A stretch of 64,000 nucleotides of DNA, from assembly GCA_050259095.1 (NCBI GenBank), contig JBLMZZ010000162.1, forward strand, positions 4,667-68,666, read 5' to 3'. The stretch comes from Omnitrophica WOR_2 bacterium (GTDB taxonomy: Bacteria; Bacteroidota; Bacteroidia; Bacteroidales; Lentimicrobiaceae). This document shows positions 58,727 to 64,000 of the stretch, piece by piece. The translations under genes and the position numbers were made by a program. The notes beneath the pieces are model-generated. The model searched no databases and was not told the origin of the DNA. It saw only the letters and a program-made list of their open reading frames with translations. Numbering within the stretch: position 1 is the stretch's first letter; every line of letters starts with the position of its first letter.

Positions 58727-60913
58727 TTGTTGTGTATTACTGATTTAAGCAAAAAGAGAGTGGAGTTTAAAACAAATTATCGAAAATTACTTTATGCTTG
58801 TTATCCTCTTTTAGATAAGAAGGAGCGCCCGATTTTAAGACAGGCTTTTAATATTATATGCAGTCAGTACGAAAATAAACTTTCATTGACCAAGGAACCA
58901 CTAACAGAATATGTTACGCACATATCCGGTATCCTGATAAATGAATTAAACTTAGGATATATTTCTGCAGTTAGTGCTTTACTTTCCTTTACTGATTTAA
59001 AGAATGAACATGTTCAGCATTTTCTGAATGAGAATAACCTATCAGAATCATTAGCCATTATTGAGAGTTACAAGAAGATAGTTGAACTTCCAACCGACCG
59101 GCTAATCAATAATGTAGATAACTTTACTGGTATCATGCTATCTCTGGCAAGTGATGTAAGAGCAATTTTACTTACTCTGGCTGAAAATCTATACTTATTA
59201 AGGAATTCTTCATTGCTGGATGAGGCAACTTTTAAAATTACCCTTAATAAAGCAATAAACATTTACATCCCCTTATCCCATAAACTTGGTCTTTATAAAA
59301 TAAAAGGTGAATTAGAAGAAATATCCTTTAGCTTACAGGAGCCATTAACCTACAAGCAGCTAGCTAAGCAAATTGAGGTTGAGATAAACAGGAGCAGAGA
59401 TTTTATTCAAAAATTTACTGAACCAATCTTAACTGACCTGAGTAGAATGGGTATTAAATATACAATCAAGAGCAGGACTAAGACGGTTTCTTCTGTTCAT
59501 AATAAGATGATAAAACAGAAAATTCCATTTGATGAAATATATGATTTGTTTGCAATTAGAATAATTATTGACAGTGATCCTGAAAATGAGAAAGCTGACT
59601 GTTGGAAAGTATATTCAGTAGTTACTAATTTATATAGTCCAGAAACCAGTAGGATGCGTGATTGGATAACCATGCCCCGTCCAAATGGGTATGAATCACT
59701 GCACATTACTGTTAAAGATACTACTGGCCGATGGGTAGAAGTACAGATCAGGTCGCATAGAATGGATATTGATGCTGAATTAGGCAGTGCAGCTCATTGG
59801 AGATACAAAGGACATAAAGGTGTTATTGATACAACTGACTGGATGAATTCAGTAAGGCAAATTCTTGAAAGTAAAGATTATACTGAAGATTTGCTTACAA
59901 ATAAAAGTATTGCAACCAAGATACCTGAGGATGTTATTTATGTGTTTACCCCCGTAGGTGACTTGCTCAAGTTGAAAGAAGGATCTACAGTATTAGATTT
60001 TGCGTTTGAATTACACACTGTAATTGGTTCAAAATGTACTGGAGGCAGGGTTAATCATAAGATTGTTTCAATTAAACAAAAATTAAAAAATGGGGATGTA
60101 GTTGAAATTATCACATCAAAAAATCAAACGCCAAACAGAGATTGGTTAGGGTGGGTTGTTACCACCAGAGCAAAAAATAAGATCAAACGCTATCTTAAAG
60201 AAGCTGAGTTTAAACAAGCCGAAGTTGGTAGAGATATTCTTCGTCGCAAATTAAGCCAGCTTAAAATGCCTTTTAATGATGAAACAGTTAGTAAATTAAT
60301 AGCGTACTTCAAATTTCAAACATCACTTGAATTGTTTCAACAGTTAGCTGATAATAAAATTGAGCCTTCATTAGTTAAAGAAATACTATTAGGCCAGCTA
60401 AAAGGTAGTATTGATCAACCAGTTGTTAAAGAAGTACCCAAACACCCTGACCGAACATCTGAAAATACTATTTTGGTCAATGAATCCGCTGAATTACAAG
60501 GCTATATTCTTGCCCGATGTTGTAATCCAGTAATGGGAGATGAAATATTTGGATTTGTAATGACCGGAGGAGGTATTAAAATTCATAGAACAAATTGCCC
60601 AAATGCCCCCCGGCTAAGTTCACGATATCCTTATAGAATAATGGATGCTCAATGGTCAAAAGTGGCAGAAGGCTCTTTTTTTATTTCATCTATTCATATT
60701 AGTGGAATAGATCAACTTGGTATTTTGAATTCAATTACAGAATTACTGTCTAATGAGCTCAAGGTTGATGTAAGGAATATCGCTTTAAATAGTAAAGGTG
60801 GGAAATTTGATGGCTATATAAAAGTAAGTGTCAGAGATTCAAGACATATTGACTCTCTTATGAAAAAAATCGAAGGAATTAAAGGAGTAACAAGCGTTAA
60901 GAGAGTTCATTAG
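58727..60913 (+). CDS. Long RelA/SpoT homolog with degenerate hydrolase domain
   Basis: YDLFAIRII, NGYESLH, VEVQIR, AAHWRYK; TGS (YVFTP.G), CCNP ZFD and ACT domains; HD motif absent. Confidence 0.92.
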   Translation: MLCITDLSKKRVEFKTNYRKLLYACYPLLDKKERPILRQAFNIICSQYENKLSLTKEPLTEYVTHISGILINELNLGYISAVSALLSFTDLKNEHVQHFLNENNLSESLAIIESYKKIVELPTDRLINNVDNFTGIMLSLASDVRAILLTLAENLYLLRNSSLLDEATFKITLNKAINIYIPLSHKLGLYKIKGELEEISFSLQEPLTYKQLAKQIEVEINRSRDFIQKFTEPILTDLSRMGIKYTIKSRTKTVSSVHNKMIKQKIPFDEIYDLFAIRIIIDSDPENEKADCWKVYSVVTNLYSPETSRMRDWITMPRPNGYESLHITVKDTTGRWVEVQIRSHRMDIDAELGSAAHWRYKGHKGVIDTTDWMNSVRQILESKDYTEDLLTNKSIATKIPEDVIYVFTPVGDLLKLKEGSTVLDFAFELHTVIGSKCTGGRVNHKIVSIKQKLKNGDVVEIITSKNQTPNRDWLGWVVTTRAKNKIKRYLKEAEFKQAEVGRDILRRKLSQLKMPFNDETVSKLIAYFKFQTSLELFQQLADNKIEPSLVKEILLGQLKGSIDQPVVKEVPKHPDRTSENTILVNESAELQGYILARCCNPVMGDEIFGFVMTGGGIKIHRTNCPNAPRLSSRYPYRIMDAQWSKVAEGSFFISSIHISGIDQLGILNSITELLSNELKVDVRNIALNSKGGKFDGYIKVSVRDSRHIDSLMKKIEGIKGVTSVKRVH

Positions 60914-60950
60914 TAAATTTGCAGTTGTTTTTAGGAGATAACATAATATA

Positions 60951-61415
60951 ATGGGGAATTCCGGATTTTACGATAAAAACAAAACTCTAAGAGAAGGAGA
61001 GTACTACATTTTTAAGTATCTCAATTGCATAACCATGGAAGATAATAATAAATACATGGTTTTTGAAGATGAATTTGGTACAAAGTACTTCATAGAATTT
61101 GAACCATACCAACACTATTCACTTAAGCTTTTATCGGAAATAAGATGTTTTGTGGATAAAATCAATTGTACTGGAAGAGTATTTCTTGAACCCGAACACC
61201 CCATATATCAAGCGGGCGAAAGCTATTATTTTACCATCAAGTCTATTTTTTCAAATGAAGATGGATTAGTACTTTCGGTTGTTGATTGTTTTGATAATTT
61301 AATCAACCTTCAAACTAATGGGAAATACTTTTCTAATAAAGATCAGGGAAGTAGGATATTGGCCAAAATTACACGAATAAAAAAAGGAATACCTGAATTG
61401 ACTTTAGGAAACTAA
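60951..61415 (+). CDS. Hypothetical protein with two beta-rich OB/S1-like repeats
   Basis: Repeated GExYxF...D..G pattern (GEYYIFK / GESYYFT); VDKINCTGRVFLEPEHP. Confidence 0.65.
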   Translation: MGNSGFYDKNKTLREGEYYIFKYLNCITMEDNNKYMVFEDEFGTKYFIEFEPYQHYSLKLLSEIRCFVDKINCTGRVFLEPEHPIYQAGESYYFTIKSIFSNEDGLVLSVVDCFDNLINLQTNGKYFSNKDQGSRILAKITRIKKGIPELTLGN

Positions 61416-61523
61416 ATATCAAGATCACAACTTTCAAAATAACCCTGTTCCCTAATTTTAGGTTATGAACAAAAGTTAATAACTTCTGTTGAAAATCAGT
61501 TAATTAAATTATTGTTAAAACAC

Positions 61524-61554
61524 TTGACATCACTTATTGAATGTTGTAATTTTA
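61524..61554 (+). promoter_or_regulatory. Promoter for the intergenic ncRNA
   Basis: TTG (61524-26), 20 nt, TAATTTTA (61547-54; one mismatch to TAnnTTTG). Confidence 0.6.
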
Positions 61555-61557
61555 CCA

Positions 61558-61873
61558 CATCAGGCCAACGATACGGTGAGAATCAGGAAAGATGGATGAA
61601 GAGAAAGGCCGTAAGGAACTTATCTTTATTTATTAAGTTTTTCGCAGGATTGTTTGAAGTAGCCGTGAAAAAGCTAACATTTTAATCCGGAAGACACACC
61701 TGACTAAAAGAATTGACACGAAAGTGTTGTTCGCAAATAGTAAGTATCAACTGCTTTACGAAGCAGAATGATTGCAAGCACCGAAACAATAACCTGACGT
61801 TTTATGTCAGTTACGACTGGGATAAAGCAAAAGGGAAACCACTTCGAAAGAGTAGTTTCCCTTTTTGTTTTTT
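61558..61873 (+). ncRNA. Large structured non-coding RNA of about 310 nt; family unassigned (Bacteroidales-type motif candidate)
   Basis: Own promoter and terminator, no credible long ORF, several hairpins with GAAA and UACG tetraloops. Confidence 0.65.
61828..61873 (+). terminator. Intrinsic terminator of the ncRNA
   Basis: AAAAGGGAAAC-CACTTC-GAAA-GAGTA-GTTTCCCTTTTTGTTTTTT. Confidence 0.88.
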
Positions 61874-61969
61874 AAGTTCTTTACCTTTGTATTTTTAAAC
61901 AGAATAATTAAAACATACTGAATTAGTCTTATTGTCGCTGATTTAGGTTCTATCAATGTATTTCGTTAG

Positions 61970-62500
61970 ATGACCATACTAGAACTTTTGCAATTAGAAG
62001 CATCAAAAAGAAATATTAATCAAATAATTAGTATAATAAATCAACAGCCTGAACTTTTTGAGACTTTATGGAGTATTTTCTGCCAACAAAAAAATCCAGA
62101 GAGTAGGAGGGCAGCTTGGGCTATTGATCTTTTAAATGAGAATTTAGCTTATCTGAATGAAAAGCACTTGGAAACTATTATTAGTATGCTTCCATTATAT
62201 AAGCATGAAGGATACAAACGACATTCATTAAGGATCTTAGAGAGAAATATAATCCCCGAAACACATAAAGGTGAAGTGGTTTCTATTTGTTTTAACTGGT
62301 TAGAATCTCCATCCAGTGCTGTATCTGTTAAAATGTTTTGTTTGAAGATTCTTGAAAGAATAGCAAAAGAAGAACCGATTATCAGTCGTGAATTGATTGA
62401 CATAATAGAATTGCAATTGAATGATGCAACTCCGGGATTTAAAAGTATTGGATTAAAGACAATTAGAAGTTTGCAGAAGTTAATTGCAATTAATAATTAA
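61970..62500 (+). CDS. Hypothetical alpha-helical (HEAT/ARM-like) protein
   Basis: RRAAWAID, AVSVKMFCL..L, EP.I..EL..IIE, TPGFKS; helical repeat pattern. Confidence 0.65.
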   Translation: MTILELLQLEASKRNINQIISIINQQPELFETLWSIFCQQKNPESRRAAWAIDLLNENLAYLNEKHLETIISMLPLYKHEGYKRHSLRILERNIIPETHKGEVVSICFNWLESPSSAVSVKMFCLKILERIAKEEPIISRELIDIIELQLNDATPGFKSIGLKTIRSLQKLIAINN

Positions 62501-62539
62501 AGTTAAGAACAGAATAAAGCATTTGAAAATCTCATTTTT

Positions 62540-62836
62540 TTATTCCTCAGCTTCGGGGGTATCGGTCTCGGCGAAATTATCTTCAGCCTCTTTTTCTTCA
62601 TTTAATTCATCAAGTGTTTCGTCCTCATTCAGGCCCTTTGTATCAATTTTAACAGGAACCTTCACAAGATAACTGGCAGTTTCAGTATCTACTGTGATGG
62701 CATAGAAAAAGTCTTCACCGTGCGTCTTAACTTTAATTACATGATTGGTGTAACCAAGTGGATACTTTTTACGGATTGCTTCCATTACTTCCGCTGATAC
62801 ATTATTATAATTGACAACCAATCGTTTACGTTCCAT
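62540..62836 (-). CDS. Conserved small Bacteroidota protein with acidic tail
   Basis: KRLVVNY...KKYPLGY...TETASYLVKV followed by an E/D-rich C-terminus. Confidence 0.7.
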   Translation of the reverse strand: MERKRLVVNYNNVSAEVMEAIRKKYPLGYTNHVIKVKTHGEDFFYAITVDTETASYLVKVPVKIDTKGLNEDETLDELNEEKEAEDNFAETDTPEAEE

Positions 62837-62917
62837 AAAAGTGTTATTTTCAGATATGCAATATTATGACAGAAATTAATGAACTATGAAGCAAATATGT
62901 TAAAAAAACTAAAGATT

Positions 62918-64000
62918 TCAAATAATATTATCAGTATGTTCCAACATTATAGCTGTGCGGTTAGTTAAGTAAATTTTTAATTTGTTTGAGTGACTACTCT
63001 CATCGTATATTGAATCATAAAGTAACTTCTCGTCTAGTCTGCCATGTCCCCCAAATTTTGAATTATCAGTACATAGAACAACTTTATATGTTCCTGGTTC
63101 AGGTACATATAAAGAATAATCAGAAATACTATTATACGGATGGAAATTAAAGAGGAAGATAAGACTGTTCTTACAGAAAATGATTGTTTTATTGTTATCA
63201 TCCAAATTCAATAATTGACCAAATTCGTAATCTAGAATTCCTTTTTCAGAAGCAATATGAATCATTTCGCGATCAAAATCTGATAGAAAGTGATATTTAA
63301 GATTATTGTCTTCTTTAAGTGACCATTGTCTTCTCGCGTATAGGAAACTCCAATTATTACCTTCTCTAGGGAAATCAATCCATTCAGGATGTCCAAATTC
63401 ATTACCCATAAAGTTCAGGTATGCCTGTCCACCAAGAGAAAGTGTAAAGAATCTAATCATCTTATGTAAGGCAAGGCCACGATCTATTACTAAATTTTGG
63501 TCATCTTTATTCATATGCCAGTACATTTCTTTATCCATGAGCCAGAAAGCCAGCGTTTTATCACCAACTAATGCCTGGTCGTGAGATTCAGCATATGCAA
63601 TTGTTCTTACATTTGGCAGTCTATTATTTAGAACATGCCACATTTCAGCAATATCCCAATCTTCATCACGTGACTCTTTCAGTAATTTAATCCAGTAATC
63701 TGGAATCCCCATCCCAAGTCTATAATCGAATCCAATACCACCGTCCTCAATCTTTGAAGTTAAACCAGGCATACCAGTGACATCTTCAGCAATAGAAATA
63801 GAATTAGGATTTATTTCATGAACTAGTTTATTGGCAAGTTGCAAATAAGTAATGGCATCCCATTCCACACCATTTATAAAATAATCTAAAGGTTCATTAA
63901 TAGGGGAGTTCCCATGATGAAAATACATCATTGATCCAACCCCATCAAACCTAAAGCCGTCAAATCTAAACTCTTGTGACCAATATTTCACATTTGAAAG
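62918..64000 (-). CDS. glgB: 1,4-alpha-glucan branching enzyme (5' part lies beyond the window end)
   Basis: FDGFRFDGV, IAEDVTGMP, GFDYRL.MG.PD.W, YAESHDQALVGDKT, LNFMGNEFGHPEWIDFPREGN; frame stays open past 64000. Confidence 0.93.
   Translation of the reverse strand, partial: LSNVKYWSQEFRFDGFRFDGVGSMMYFHHGNSPINEPLDYFINGVEWDAITYLQLANKLVHEINPNSISIAEDVTGMPGLTSKIEDGGIGFDYRLGMGIPDYWIKLLKESRDEDWDIAEMWHVLNNRLPNVRTIAYAESHDQALVGDKTLAFWLMDKEMYWHMNKDDQNLVIDRGLALHKMIRFFTLSLGGQAYLNFMGNEFGHPEWIDFPREGNNWSFLYARRQWSLKEDNNLKYHFLSDFDREMIHIASEKGILDYEFGQLLNLDDNNKTIIFCKNSLIFLFNFHPYNSISDYSLYVPEPGTYKVVLCTDNSKFGGHGRLDEKLLYDSIYDESSHSNKLKIYLTNRTAIMLEHTDNII

Noticed and set aside
61558-61873. tmRNA, RNase P RNA or riboswitch identity for the intergenic RNA
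   Set aside because: No tRNA-like GGGG.../...CCA ends and no RNase P conserved regions were recognised. It ends in a constitutive-looking terminator, with the downstream gene apparently having its own promoter-like TACCTTTG (61882-89).
782-63584. Numerous 60-120 aa ORFs antisense to or out of frame within long CDS
   Set aside because: They are nested in well-supported genes and show no recognisable motifs.

Overview
AT-rich core chromosomal segment of a Bacteroidota bacterium, probably an environmental Bacteroidales. This assignment rests on many TAnnTTTG (-7) / TTTG (-33) promoters, two T9SS-CTD peptidases and the rpmG-DUF4295-ftsY-rimO synteny. The window holds about 55 CDS. Housekeeping genes include pdxH, serC, serA, dapA, lon, rpmE2, rpmG, ftsY, rimO, xerD, clpS, aat, yggS, floA, a RelA-like gene and a partial glgB. 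There are also glycan/envelope genes (GH20, GH92, a GT2 operon, an LTA-synthase family gene), two orphan sensor kinases and two tRNA-Leu genes. Three CDS are missing from the ORF track: a partial DUF1684, a 59-aa winged-helix protein and DUF4295. No transposase, phage, CRISPR array or retroelement is evident. The best unexplained signals are: (1) a ~310-nt promoter-to-terminator, multi-hairpin non-coding transcript at 61.56-61.87 kb; (2) an 11-bp-period tandem array fused to a palindrome at 39.09-39.17 kb; (3) the DUF1015/serA module with a ParB/Srx-type DGHHR motif; (4) a LuxC-like reductase whose catalytic Cys appears replaced by Ser; (5) absence of rpmB from its usual place upstream of rpmG. 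Family calls come from motif recognition by eye; no database searches were run.
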